The notes: generated by a model from the sequence alone, not told the origin. Counted from the stretch's first letter, positions 9,802 to 19,384 are shown. The stretch is 64,000 nucleotides of DNA from an uncultured Acholeplasmataceae bacterium (GCA_963543845.1 CAUUCL010000001.1:30037-94036); one strand, 5' to 3'. Made by a program: numbers and translations.

Positions 9802-12045
9802 TTAGATAAGTTTAGGATATTTAAATATTTTATAAGAAATATTTTTTTCTTTTAAATTAGACATAATATCAGATACTTCATTTAAATCTATTTTTTCTTT
9901 TTTAATTGTGATTTTAAAAATATAAGAATTATTTTTATCCCTAAAATATCTTGCATCTAAAGGCCCTAATGTTATATATCCAAGCTTTTCAAAAGTGCAT
10001 TTTAAATCAAATGCCCTTTGAAAGGTCTTTAAATATCCAATATTAGATAAAACTAATATCTCATACATATTTATAACTGGTGGATTATTTAGTATTTTTC
10101 TTTCATCTAGTAAATACTTATATATATCATCATATTCTAAATTTATATTATTTAAAATAAAGTTATCATCAAGTGATGTTTGAACAATAACATTATTTCC
10201 TACTTTATTGGCAACATTTTTTAAATACCTATAAACAACTTCATAAGAATTATACAAAGGCATTTTTAAATCAAGGTCAGTATTTAAAAATAAAATTAAG
10301 GTGTCATCTTTTATATTTTGTGTTTTTAAAATTGATCTTGTAGATATTAAAATATCTGCCTTACCTTGGTTTAAATCATTTATTCCATCTTTTATCCTTT
10401 TATAATCAGGACTTGGAATATATGATATTTTATAATCTTTAAAATATTTTTTAATATCTTTTAAAGTCTTCTCAATTCCATATCCCATATAAGATATCAT
10501 ATTTTTCTGGCAATTAGGACAAGTTTTAATTTTATTTTCTTCATTAAAACAATAAGGACAAATTAGTTTATCAGAAATTGAATAATACTTCATAGCATGC
10601 GAGCATTTAGGGCAGATGATTGTTTTAAAACAATTCTTGCAAAAAAGATACAAACTATCAGATTTTCTAGCATTTATAATAATTACTTTCTTATTGTTTT
10701 CTAAGTTTTCTAAAATTAAGTCTTTACTTAATCTTGTAAGATAGCTAAAATTCTCACTTAATAAATCTTCTTTTAAACTTGATAGAATAATATTACTAAA
10801 ATTATTTTCATCTAACTTTAAAATATTTTCTTTATTTAATTCATATTTAATACTAACAGAAGGAAGAGCACCAAGATATAGTATTGATGCATTATTTAAA
10901 TTAGATTTTAACTTAGCAATATCAAATATATCAAAGTAGAACTTATCAAATATAATCGGAGTTTCTTCATTGTCGATATCTAAAATAATAACCTCAGGTT
11001 TTGAGATTGTAAATAAAAAGATATCTTTGGTTCCGATTAAAAGTTTAATACTTTTTTTAACCTCTTTATTTAATATTTTTACTTTTTCACTTTCTTTAAT
11101 ATAAGGATGATATATAAAAGTATCATCTAAAAACTTTAAATTTTCATAATAAAAATCCGCAAGATTAGCATTTTCACAAACTAAATAAATACACTTTCCA
11201 AAAGATAATTTGCTGTATAACTGTTTAATAACTTCTATTTTTTTAAATATATCAGATAAAGATACTTGGTATAAATTCTTTTTGGATATAATATTTTTTG
11301 TAAAATCATCTGGAAGATACTTTTTGAAATTATAATCTTTTAGTTTATTTTCTAAATCTTTATATCCTTTTTTAATTAAACCAAGTTTTACCATTTTATT
11401 AAGATTAGATATGCTTATATTATATTTTTTTATCTCATCTAAAAATATAACTTTTTCTTTATAAAATAAATTAAAAATCTCATTTAATTTATCTGTTAAT
11501 ACCACTGTTTCGTTTATATCATTTAATAAGTAGCAGTTACTTTTTGGCTTTGCTTTATTTTTATAAATACTACCAAAAGATACTACGCCTTTACTTTTTA
11601 AATATTTTAATCTTTTGAAAATATCACTATCGAAATCTTTTATTTTATACTTATTATTTTTAAACTTACAAGCTAAATCAAAAGGAAGTAGCGCTTTGTC
11701 TAAAAGCTCTACTTCTTTATAATAGTCTAAAAATAGGACTGATGGAATTAAATTAAGATAAACTATATTAGGGTTTATAAGAGTATTTTTAGAGATATAA
11801 TTGCAAATTTTTATAAACTCACCACTTATAAAAGGCTCATCGTCGATAATTTCTTTTATATCTAATAAATTAGAGTTTTCTTCATTTTTAATCTCTATTA
11901 CAAACCCAAGTCTAAGGGTATTATTAAATGGGACTAATACTCTTTGGCCGATTTTAATAATTTCTTTAAAATCATTTCCAACATTGTATGAATAATTAAA
12001 ATTCAGAGCTGATGTTTTTAAATCAATTAAAATATTAGCAATCAT
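9802..12045 (-). CDS. priA: primosomal protein N' (PriA) homologue with degenerate helicase motifs
   Basis: 747 aa. PriA N-terminal domain (GQRVLVPFNN.LRLGFV). Cys-rich insert CKNCFKTIICPKC...CPYC...CPNC. priA-fmt synteny. No Walker A or DExH. Confidence 0.8.
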   Translation of the reverse strand: MIANILIDLKTSALNFNYSYNVGNDFKEIIKIGQRVLVPFNNTLRLGFVIEIKNEENSNLLDIKEIIDDEPFISGEFIKICNYISKNTLINPNIVYLNLIPSVLFLDYYKEVELLDKALLPFDLACKFKNNKYKIKDFDSDIFKRLKYLKSKGVVSFGSIYKNKAKPKSNCYLLNDINETVVLTDKLNEIFNLFYKEKVIFLDEIKKYNISISNLNKMVKLGLIKKGYKDLENKLKDYNFKKYLPDDFTKNIISKKNLYQVSLSDIFKKIEVIKQLYSKLSFGKCIYLVCENANLADFYYENLKFLDDTFIYHPYIKESEKVKILNKEVKKSIKLLIGTKDIFLFTISKPEVIILDIDNEETPIIFDKFYFDIFDIAKLKSNLNNASILYLGALPSVSIKYELNKENILKLDENNFSNIILSSLKEDLLSENFSYLTRLSKDLILENLENNKKVIIINARKSDSLYLFCKNCFKTIICPKCSHAMKYYSISDKLICPYCFNEENKIKTCPNCQKNMISYMGYGIEKTLKDIKKYFKDYKISYIPSPDYKRIKDGINDLNQGKADILISTRSILKTQNIKDDTLILFLNTDLDLKMPLYNSYEVVYRYLKNVANKVGNNVIVQTSLDDNFILNNINLEYDDIYKYLLDERKILNNPPVINMYEILVLSNIGYLKTFQRAFDLKCTFEKLGYITLGPLDARYFRDKNNSYIFKITIKKEKIDLNEVSDIMSNLKEKNISYKIFKYPKLI

Positions 12046-12395
12046 TTATAATTATCTTTAATGCTTTCTAAAATACTTTCTATCTTATTTCCATACTCTA
12101 ATGATTCATCATATAAAAAAGTAATATCAGGAAATTTTCTAATATCTTTCATTTTAGCGGCTAGCTCTTTTTTTATTTGACCTTTATAGCCTGCTAAAAG
12201 TTTTGTAGTTTCCTCTTTTATATTTTTATCATCTTTTAAAATGGTATAGTAAATTGTTGCAATCGATAAATCTTTTGTTAATCTTACCTCAGATACTGTT
12301 ATATATCCAACTTCTTTAGTTTTAAAAATATCATCTAAAATTTTTGTAAGATATCTATGAATTCTGCTTTCTAATCTTTCAAGTGATACGCTCAT
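12042..12395 (-). CDS. rbfA: ribosome-binding factor A
   Basis: 117 aa. RbfA-like sequence immediately after infB (4-nt overlap). Confidence 0.85.
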   Translation of the reverse strand: MSVSLERLESRIHRYLTKILDDIFKTKEVGYITVSEVRLTKDLSIATIYYTILKDDKNIKEETTKLLAGYKGQIKKELAAKMKDIRKFPDITFLYDESLEYGNKIESILESIKDNYK

Positions 12396-14167
12396 AAATC
12401 TATCTCCTTAAGCTCATATATCTCAAGTCTATCATCAATTTTAAAATCGTTATATCCTTCAATTGTAAGACCTCCTTCAAGACCTGCTTGAAGTTCTTTT
12501 TTATCGTCTTTTAAATGCTTTAAAGATGCGATTTTATTTTCGTAGATTATCTTATCATCTCTTATGACTTTAGCAAATGCTTTTCTTTTTACAACTCCAT
12601 CAGATACATAAATACCTGCAATCATAATTCCTTTTGGAAGTTTAAAAGTATCTCTTACAATTGCCTCACCAATAACAACCTTATCATATTCCGGTTCAAG
12701 CATTCCTTTAAGAGCGTTTTTAATATCATCTTCTATTTGATAAATAACATTATATAATCTTAGCTCAACATTTTTTTCTTTCGCCATTTTTTTAATTCCA
12801 GCCGATGGCGATACGTTAAAGTTAATAACTAAAGACCCTGATGCAATCGCAAGATTAAGGTCACTTTCAGTCGGAGCACCAACACCAGTTGATACTATAT
12901 TTATTTTTAAGTTTTCAATATTTAATTTAGATAATAAATTATTGATTGCTTCAATTGAGCCTTTAACATCCGCTTTAATTATTAAATTTAAAATACCATC
13001 TTGACTTTCTAAGTCATTTAATGTATTTATTTTTTTATTATCTTTAGCTTTTTCTTTTTCTGATAGTTTAACAGATTCTAACTTAGCCTCTTTCTCGCAG
13101 TCAAAAACTCTTAGTCTATCACCTGTGTTTGGAACCTCACTTAAACCTGTAATTTCAACGGCTTGGCTTGGTGTAGCCTTTTTTAGAATTTCTGATTCAT
13201 CATTTGAGATAGTTCTAACTTTTCCAATAGTCTTTCCAACTAAAACATAATCTCCTTGATTTAAAGTACCGCTTTTAATAATTACAGTTGCAACAGGACC
13301 TCTCCCTTTATCAAGTTTTGCCTCAATAACAGTTCCAACTGCCTTTTTATTAGGGTTTGCTTTTAGCTCTTTTAGCTCAGCTAAAATTAAAATTGTATCA
13401 AGCAGTTCGTCAATATTTTTACCAGCTTTTGCGCTTATTTCAACAAAAGGATAATCTCCGCCCCAAGTATCAGGAACAACTCCAAGCTCTGATAATTTAG
13501 TCATTACTTGATCTGGTTTTGCACTAGGTTTATCGATTTTATTTATAGCAACAATAATTGGAACCTTCGCTGCTTTTGCATGGTCAATTGATTCGATTGT
13601 TTGTGGCATTATGCCATCATCGGCTGCAACAACTAAAACAACAATATCAGTCACCTCAGCTCCTCTCGCTCTCATTTCAGTAAAAGCGGCATGACCTGGA
13701 GTATCTATAAATGTAATATATTCATTATTTCTTTTTATTTGGTATGCACCAATATGCTGAGTTATTCCGCCAAACTCACCAGAGACAACATTAGTTTTTC
13801 TAATTGTATCAAGTAAAGTTGTCTTACCATGGTCAACATGACCCATAATAGTTATTATCGCAGGGCGCTTTACTAAATCCTTAGGATCGTCTGTCTCATC
13901 GATTCCAAGCATTTCATTTTTTCTAATTTCTTCTTCACAGCAAAACTTATAATCAGTATCAAGAACAATTAACTCGGCACTATCTTTGTCAATTACTGAA
14001 TTTATATTAGCCATTTGACCAAGTGCTAAAAGCTTTTGAATAATTTCAAAAGGTTGCATCTCTAAAGATGATGCAACTTCTTTTAGCGTCATATTTTCTT
14101 TATAAATAAATTTTTTGTTTTCTTTTTTAGAGGAATTGGTTTTATTATTTTGTTTTTGATTTTTCAT
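12392..14167 (-). CDS. infB: translation initiation factor IF-2 (short N-terminus)
   Basis: 591 aa. G domain [12 protein letters not shown] / DTPGH / NKID. IF-2 C-terminal domains. Confidence 0.97.
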   Translation of the reverse strand: MKNQKQNNKTNSSKKENKKFIYKENMTLKEVASSLEMQPFEIIQKLLALGQMANINSVIDKDSAELIVLDTDYKFCCEEEIRKNEMLGIDETDDPKDLVKRPAIITIMGHVDHGKTTLLDTIRKTNVVSGEFGGITQHIGAYQIKRNNEYITFIDTPGHAAFTEMRARGAEVTDIVVLVVAADDGIMPQTIESIDHAKAAKVPIIVAINKIDKPSAKPDQVMTKLSELGVVPDTWGGDYPFVEISAKAGKNIDELLDTILILAELKELKANPNKKAVGTVIEAKLDKGRGPVATVIIKSGTLNQGDYVLVGKTIGKVRTISNDESEILKKATPSQAVEITGLSEVPNTGDRLRVFDCEKEAKLESVKLSEKEKAKDNKKINTLNDLESQDGILNLIIKADVKGSIEAINNLLSKLNIENLKINIVSTGVGAPTESDLNLAIASGSLVINFNVSPSAGIKKMAKEKNVELRLYNVIYQIEDDIKNALKGMLEPEYDKVVIGEAIVRDTFKLPKGIMIAGIYVSDGVVKRKAFAKVIRDDKIIYENKIASLKHLKDDKKELQAGLEGGLTIEGYNDFKIDDRLEIYELKEIDL

Positions 14168-14171
14168 ACTA

Positions 14172-14471
14172 TCACATTCCTTTAAATTTTAAAATTTGCT
14201 CTTTAAATCCATCGTTTAAAATAGCAATTACTTTAACATCTAAACTACTAAAAACATCCTTTATAATTAAATTATCTATTTCAATAATTGGGATATTATA
14301 ATATTTTGTCTTATCATAAAATCTTTTTTTAGTGTTTAAACTTGCACCACTTGATAAAATAACAAGCCTTGCTTTTTTTGATTTTATTAAATCAAGAACA
14401 ATCTCGCTTCCATATCTTAAATTGTTAGATAATCTACAAAGTCCTAGATAATCTTTTAATTTATCTTGCAA
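14172..14471 (-). CDS. ylxQ: L7Ae/L30e-family RNA-binding protein YlxQ
   Basis: 99 aa. Alignable with B. subtilis YlxQ. Canonical position between nusA and infB. Confidence 0.75.
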   Translation of the reverse strand: MQDKLKDYLGLCRLSNNLRYGSEIVLDLIKSKKARLVILSSGASLNTKKRFYDKTKYYNIPIIEIDNLIIKDVFSSLDVKVIAILNDGFKEQILKFKGM

Positions 14472-14473
14472 AA

Positions 14474-15586
14474 TTATTCCTCGTTATCAGGAGTTATATC
14501 AATTCCCTCGCCTTTGGCTTCTTGAACTGATTTAATATTTATCTTCCAACCTGTTGCTCTTACTGCAAGTTGGACATTTTGTCCTTTATTTCCAATTGCA
14601 AGTGATAACTGATCATCTGGGACTATCGCAAGAGCTTTTTTCTCAGTTGGGTTTATATCTAAAATTTTAACAACATCAGATGGTTGTAAAGCATTTCTTA
14701 TTAAAGATGCAGGGTCATCAGACCATTTAAAAAGATCGATTTTTTCTCCTCTTAAAAGTCCTTGAATACTGTTTATTCTCATTTTACCCTCACCAATACA
14801 AGCCCCAATTGGATCAACATTTGGATCATATGACATAACTCCAACTTTTGATCTATCACCTGGATCTCTTGCAACTGCTTTTACCTCAACAATTCCCTCT
14901 TGAATTTCAGGAATATTTTCCTTTAAAATTGCTGAAACAAGCTCTGGTTTAATCTTAGATACAAAAACATTTAGATGTTTTTCTTTTTCCTTATCAACAC
15001 CTGTTATTATAACTGGGATATTTAAACCAGCATGAAGTCTTTCTCCTGGAAGCATTTCTTTTTCTGAAAGAATAGTTGATATATCATTTCCGATATCCAA
15101 AATGCATTGTCCATTTTCAATTGAAATAATTCTAGCCTTAATAACATCTCCCTCTTTTTCTTTGAAGTAGTTATATAATCTATCTTTAACAAGTTTATTT
15201 AAATTATCTCTAAAACTATTTTTTACAATTCTTGCTGATGAGTGCGAAAACTCAGTTAAGTCAACCTCTTCTTCTAAAATATCACCAATTTTAGTTCCTC
15301 TTGGCTTAATTTTTTTAGCATCGCTTAAAAGAATTTGGGTCATTTTTTGAGCTGGTTGCTGAGTTAAGTCCTTTGATATTTGATAATCACCTACAACAAT
15401 TCTTTGTTTAAAGATACGAATTGTGCATTTTTCCTCATTTATATCAACACGGCAGCTTCTAACTCCCGCTTCTTTTTTACATCCTGATATTAGTGCTTGT
15501 TCAAAAGCATTTTTAACAAGATCTCTTTCAATTCCACGCTCTTTAGATATTTCATCAAAATATAGTGGTAAGTTTTTTCTTTTCAT
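14474..15586 (-). CDS. nusA: transcription termination/antitermination factor NusA
   Basis: 370 aa. N-terminal domain, S1 domain and two KH domains (GNKGQNVQLA). Confidence 0.95.
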   Translation of the reverse strand: MKRKNLPLYFDEISKERGIERDLVKNAFEQALISGCKKEAGVRSCRVDINEEKCTIRIFKQRIVVGDYQISKDLTQQPAQKMTQILLSDAKKIKPRGTKIGDILEEEVDLTEFSHSSARIVKNSFRDNLNKLVKDRLYNYFKEKEGDVIKARIISIENGQCILDIGNDISTILSEKEMLPGERLHAGLNIPVIITGVDKEKEKHLNVFVSKIKPELVSAILKENIPEIQEGIVEVKAVARDPGDRSKVGVMSYDPNVDPIGACIGEGKMRINSIQGLLRGEKIDLFKWSDDPASLIRNALQPSDVVKILDINPTEKKALAIVPDDQLSLAIGNKGQNVQLAVRATGWKINIKSVQEAKGEGIDITPDNEE

Positions 15587-15587
15587 T

Positions 15588-16025
15588 TTAAATCCTCACT
15601 GCTTTCCTTATTTTTATTGTTTTTATATATTTTATTTCTAACTCTTTAGATCTATTTTTATCTTTATACTCAATTTTTAATATATCATCTTTAAAATCTA
15701 ATAATACGCAATAGCCTTTATAATAATCAGATACAATATAGATATAACTTCCGATATTATTTTTAATATCACAAATGCCATCGAATTTATACTCAGCTCC
15801 TCTTGCTGATAATTCAAGATAATAATCATCTGGCATTAAATGATCTATTTCATCAAGTATTTTTAAATGAATTTCTTCTTGCATTTTATTATCTAGCATA
15901 TCCTTGTTTATTATAATCTCAATAATATTATTAATTCCATAATCATTTTTTATCTTTACAGAATATAGATTAAGATTGTAACCTTGCAATATTTTTTCAG
16001 TTATTTTTTTTATCTCTTCAATCAA
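15588..16025 (-). CDS. rimP: ribosome maturation factor RimP
   Basis: 145 aa. TTG start preceded by TAGGTGAT. RimP-like and directly upstream of nusA. Confidence 0.8.
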   Translation of the reverse strand: MIEEIKKITEKILQGYNLNLYSVKIKNDYGINNIIEIIINKDMLDNKMQEEIHLKILDEIDHLMPDDYYLELSARGAEYKFDGICDIKNNIGSYIYIVSDYYKGYCVLLDFKDDILKIEYKDKNRSKELEIKYIKTIKIRKAVRI

Positions 16026-16051
16026 AAAATCACCTATATATTTTTAATAAA

Positions 16052-16077
16052 ACGAGCGGAACACTTGTTCCACTCGT
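16052..16077 (-). terminator. terminator of the infC-rpmI-rplT operon
   Basis: Minus strand ACGAGTGGAAC-AAGT-GTTCCGCTCGT followed by TTTTATT. Confidence 0.65.
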
Positions 16078-16135
16078 ATATTTATATTATATATTATTGT
16101 TTTTTAAAATGCAACTTAAATAATTATATTTACTA

Positions 16136-16747
16136 TTAAGCAGCCTTTTTAGCTGGTGCATTCTTAGGAGCAGCAGGCTTTTTAGGTGTTGTAGCTTTAG
16201 GTGCTGCAGGTTTTTTTGCAGGTTCTTTTTTTACAGCAGGATCAGCTTTTTCACTAGCTTTTTTAGGTTCAGCCTTTTTTACTGGCGCCTTTTTAACTTC
16301 TTCTTGCTTTTTAGCTTTTTTCTCAGGTTTATCTGCAACAACTAATTTAGGAAGCTCTTTTTCGGCTTCTTGGAATTTTTCAGGAAGCTCTTTCTTTAAA
16401 CCTTTTTTAGCTTGAAGAACTATTTCTGTAAATGTTTTAGGATCATTTATAGCAATTTCTGCTAGCATTTTACGGTTTATCTCAATTTTCTCACGACGAA
16501 GTCCTGTAATAAATCTTGAATAAGAAATTTCATTTTGTGAACAAGCAGCGTTTATTCTTGTAATCCATAATTTTCTAAATTGTCTCTTTTTTTGTTTACG
16601 ATCACGGAATTGGTATCTTAGTGATTTCATCACTTGCTCATGCGCTGTTCTTACAAGTGCATGACGAGATCCGAAATATCCTTTAGCTTGTTTTAATATT
16701 TTATTATGACGATGTTTTTTTACAACAGCGGATTTTGCTCTTGGCAT
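16136..16747 (-). CDS. rplT: 50S ribosomal protein L20 with an approximately 85-aa Lys/Ala/Pro-rich C-terminal extension
   Basis: 203 aa. The first ~118 aa are canonical L20 ([26 protein letters not shown]...). The tail is [21 protein letters not shown]...[13 protein letters not shown]. Confidence 0.95.
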   Translation of the reverse strand: MPRAKSAVVKKHRHNKILKQAKGYFGSRHALVRTAHEQVMKSLRYQFRDRKQKKRQFRKLWITRINAACSQNEISYSRFITGLRREKIEINRKMLAEIAINDPKTFTEIVLQAKKGLKKELPEKFQEAEKELPKLVVADKPEKKAKKQEEVKKAPVKKAEPKKASEKADPAVKKEPAKKPAAPKATTPKKPAAPKNAPAKKAA

Positions 16748-16756
16748 ATTATCACC

Positions 16757-16957
16757 CTAGTAAAGGTTGCTTATCAAAGGTCTGATTCTTTTTTCATCAC
16801 TCTTTGATACACCTTGTTCCTTTCTTAATCTTCTAATTTGACATTGCCTTTTTGAGGCAGATAGATGGCTTGTATAAGCAGAGCCACGTCTTATTTTTCC
16901 ACTTTTTGTAATCTTAATTCTTTTTTTAAGACCACTATGTGTTTTTTGTTTTGGCAT
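16757..16957 (-). CDS. rpmI: 50S ribosomal protein L35
   Basis: 66 aa. MPKQKTHSGLKKRIKITKSGKIRR. Confidence 0.95.
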   Translation of the reverse strand: MPKQKTHSGLKKRIKITKSGKIRRGSAYTSHLSASKRQCQIRRLRKEQGVSKSDEKRIRPLISNLY

Positions 16958-16977
16958 ATTACCCGTCCTTTTCTATA

Positions 16978-17514
16978 TTATTTTTTCTTTTTAGATGGTC
17001 CTACAATCGCAAATATTATATTTCTTTCTTGTGTTAATTTTTGCTCAATAGTTCCAAATTCTTCCAAAGATGATAAAAACTTTTTAAATATATTAAGACC
17101 AACTTCAATGTTATTTATCATTCTACCTTTAAAAAACATTGAAATTCTAACCTTATCTCCTTTTTCTAAAAACTTTTTAGCATTAACAAGTTTTGTATTA
17201 AAGTCATTATCTTGAATGGTAGGTCCTAATCTTACCTCTTTAACTTGGATTACTTGTTGATTTTTCTTCATTTCCTTTAATCTTTTTTGTTGATCAAAGC
17301 GATATTTTGCATAATCCATAACTTTTGCAGTATATGGCTTAGTATCGTTAACTACAACAACATCTAAATCAACACTTTCGGCATAAGCAATTGCTTTTTC
17401 TTTTGAAAGAATACCGCGATTGTTACCATTTTCATCAATCAGTCTAATATCCCCATCAGGAATATTCTCGTTAACTAAATCTAATGATTGATTTTCTTTT
17501 TTTACTTGTTTAAT
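16978..17514 (-). CDS. infC: translation initiation factor IF-3, ATT start
   Basis: The track gives only the C-terminal 113 aa. The frame stays open upstream and encodes the IF-3 N-domain (IKQVKKENQSLDLVNENIPDGDIRLIDENGNNRGILSKEKAIAYAESVDLDVVVVN...). ATT at 17514, 7 nt after AAAGGAGG. Confidence 0.9.
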   Translation of the reverse strand: MKQVKKENQSLDLVNENIPDGDIRLIDENGNNRGILSKEKAIAYAESVDLDVVVVNDTKPYTAKVMDYAKYRFDQQKRLKEMKKNQQVIQVKEVRLGPTIQDNDFNTKLVNAKKFLEKGDKVRISMFFKGRMINNIEVGLNIFKKFLSSLEEFGTIEQKLTQERNIIFAIVGPSKKKK

Positions 17515-17521
17515 AAATTTT

Positions 17522-17700
17522 CCTCCTTTAAAATAAAAAAATGATGCTCAAAGCATCAAAAACCATAAATTTATAAACACAAATAAAATAAGTAATACTA
17601 CTTACTATATATAATTTAAAATTCGTGAGTTTTTACCCAAAGATATGTCAATCAGGTGAGATGCTTTCTCTTTTCACGATTCATATGATATCATATTCTG
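17522..17700 (-). promoter_or_regulatory. infC operon promoter plus leader with terminator/antiterminator potential (L20-leader-like)
   Basis: Minus strand TTGGTG-17 nt-TATCAT (TGA extended -10). Leader hairpin CGTGA...TCACG. Short terminator TGATGC-TTTGA-GCATCA plus a T-run just before the SD. Upstream AAAGCATC can pair with the terminator 5' arm GATGCTTT. Confidence 0.3.
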
Positions 17701-17808
17701 TATTTTTCACCAAAAAAAGTGCTCAAAAATAAATACCGTTCCATTTTTATATTTGCAAAACCGAATATAATATAGTTTAAAAAAAGTAGATATTAGTCTG
17801 CTTATTCA

Positions 17809-18312
17809 TTACATTACTTTATCTAAAAATATTGCAAGTTCATTATAAAAAATTCCATAATTTAAACTTTGACTATTTTCATGATTTTTTGTATATAAAA
17901 TTATTCTATCCTTACAAAAAATTAAATTAAATTCAAATTTTGTATCTAACATACTAAATTCAAATTTATAAGAATCCAATCCCAAAAATTTCGATAATTC
18001 AACTTCTTGTGTTTCTATATCATTATTTTCTAGTTTAACACTTATTTTAAATTTAAAACTTTTATGATCAAAGTCTTTTTGCCTAGAGCCATTAGGTAAA
18101 ATAGTAAACTTTAATTCCTTTATTTTTACCTGATTTTTATTTTTAAAAATTATTTCTTGTTTTGAAATAAATGTTCCAGACTCAATTTCATTTAAATATT
18201 TTCTTGTTTCATCCATTATGGATTTCCGGTTATAGTTATTACTACAACTACTTATTATAAATAATAAAATAACTATAAAAATTAAAAATATATATTTACT
18301 TATTTTATTCAT
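17809..18312 (-). CDS. putative lipoprotein, unknown function
   Basis: 167 aa. Signal peptide with lipobox-like IISSC at residue 22. No recognisable domain. Confidence 0.55.
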   Translation of the reverse strand: MNKISKYIFLIFIVILLFIISSCSNNYNRKSIMDETRKYLNEIESGTFISKQEIIFKNKNQVKIKELKFTILPNGSRQKDFDHKSFKFKISVKLENNDIETQEVELSKFLGLDSYKFEFSMLDTKFEFNLIFCKDRIILYTKNHENSQSLNYGIFYNELAIFLDKVM

Positions 18313-18322
18313 AATATATACC

Positions 18323-18814
18323 TCATGAACCTAGTCTAATAACAGGTTTTGTTAAACCATAATTATAAATAAATAATGCATTTTCATATACTTGGCCATC
18401 AATTTCAATGTCAAAGCTATACCTTTGACGATAAAACTGTTTAATGTTTCTACTATGAACACAAAATGTTTTAGCATTATAAACTTTGTTATCTTTTTCT
18501 AAAGTAATATCAACTTTATAATAAACATCATATGCATAATCATAAAAGACATTAATTAGTGATGAATTATTATATTCATCTTTAGTTATCTTTTTAATTA
18601 CAAGTTTAGCTTTATCAAACCTATCGACTTTATTATCGCTTGTACGCAATTCGATACTATTATATGAATACGTTTTATTATTTAATGGAGGTAAATTTCT
18701 ATACGATGACAAAATAATAAAGTATATGCTAATACCTAATATTATTAAAATAAATGGAATAAAAATGCTAAGCCACAAAGCAATTCTTTTTTTCTTATTC
18801 ATGCGCGATAACAT
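18323..18814 (-). CDS. membrane-anchored protein, unknown function
   Basis: 163 aa. Basic N-terminus, one TM helix (IALWLSIFIPFILIILGISIYFIIL), Tyr/Asn-rich ectodomain. Confidence 0.5.
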   Translation of the reverse strand: MLSRMNKKKRIALWLSIFIPFILIILGISIYFIILSSYRNLPPLNNKTYSYNSIELRTSDNKVDRFDKAKLVIKKITKDEYNNSSLINVFYDYAYDVYYKVDITLEKDNKVYNAKTFCVHSRNIKQFYRQRYSFDIEIDGQVYENALFIYNYGLTKPVIRLGS

Positions 18815-18946
18815 AATTTCCCTGAGTATTATTTTTCCTTACAAACACAAACAAAATAAAAGTTGTAAAAGAAAAAGAGAAAATAATTAATAATTTTTTT
18901 AAAATATTTTTCACGTTTACTACCCCTTTTAATTGTTATTTATATA

Positions 18947-19306
18947 TGGTGGAGATGGAGGGATTTGAACCCTCGTATGAAATAAATAGGATATTAAAAT
19001 CTACATGCTTATTTTATCTTTTAATTTAAGATACCAAAGAAAAATAAACAAAACTCTAAATACCCGATCCTATAAAATTCACTAAAACATCTAGGCATAT
19101 TTTAGCATAACCTACAAATATCTTTTAACTAGCAAGTAGGTATACTAATTAAAAGGATTCACAAATTATTATGCGAATGCTAATTGTTGTGCATTAGATG
19201 CACGATAAATTGGTTTTGCATTTAATCAAACCTCGAGTGTTTAACGTGACTACTCACGGCATGCATTTAATATATTCTTTATCCCGGCGACTCCTAAATC
19301 ATCCCC
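18947..19306 (-). ncRNA. ssrA: tmRNA (transfer-messenger RNA)
   Basis: The 5' end GGGGATGATTTAGGAGTCGCCGGG pairs with the 3' end ...GAGGGTTCAAATCCCTCCATCTCCACCA (G3:U wobble, tRNA-Ala-like T arm, CCA encoded). Internal tag ORF GCA AAA CCA ATT TAT CGT GCA TCT AAT GCA CAA CAA TTA GCA TTC GCA TAA TAA encodes AKPIYRASNAQQLAFA. Confidence 0.92.
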
Positions 19307-19350
19307 ATATACCTTCATTTTATCATATTTTATTTTTAAATATAAAAAGT

Positions 19351-19359
19351 TGGTATAAT
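19351..19359 (+). promoter_or_regulatory. extended -10 promoter for the plus-strand membrane-protein pair
   Basis: TGGTATAAT 25 nt upstream of ATG 19385. AAAGGAAG SD in between. Weak -35. Confidence 0.4.
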
Positions 19360-19384
19360 AATTATAAAAGAAAGGAAGAATAAT

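Noticed and set aside
18795-18914. 39-aa hydrophobic ORF (VKNILKKLLIIFSFSFTTFILFVFVRKNNTQGNYVIAHE) with an AAAGGGG SD
   Set aside because: It is too short and too compositionally typical of AT-rich DNA to call as a gene without conservation or expression data. It is mentioned only within the ssrA-flank finding.
17809-19306. Prophage or genomic island integrated at ssrA
   Set aside because: I found no integrase, no phage genes and no duplicated copy of the ssrA 3' end. Only two ORFans lie there. It is kept as a low-interest finding rather than a mobile-element call.
19198-19383. 61-aa plus-strand ORF
   Set aside because: It overlaps the 5' half of the tmRNA gene on the opposite strand and has no SD. 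The region is explained by ssrA and its promoter.
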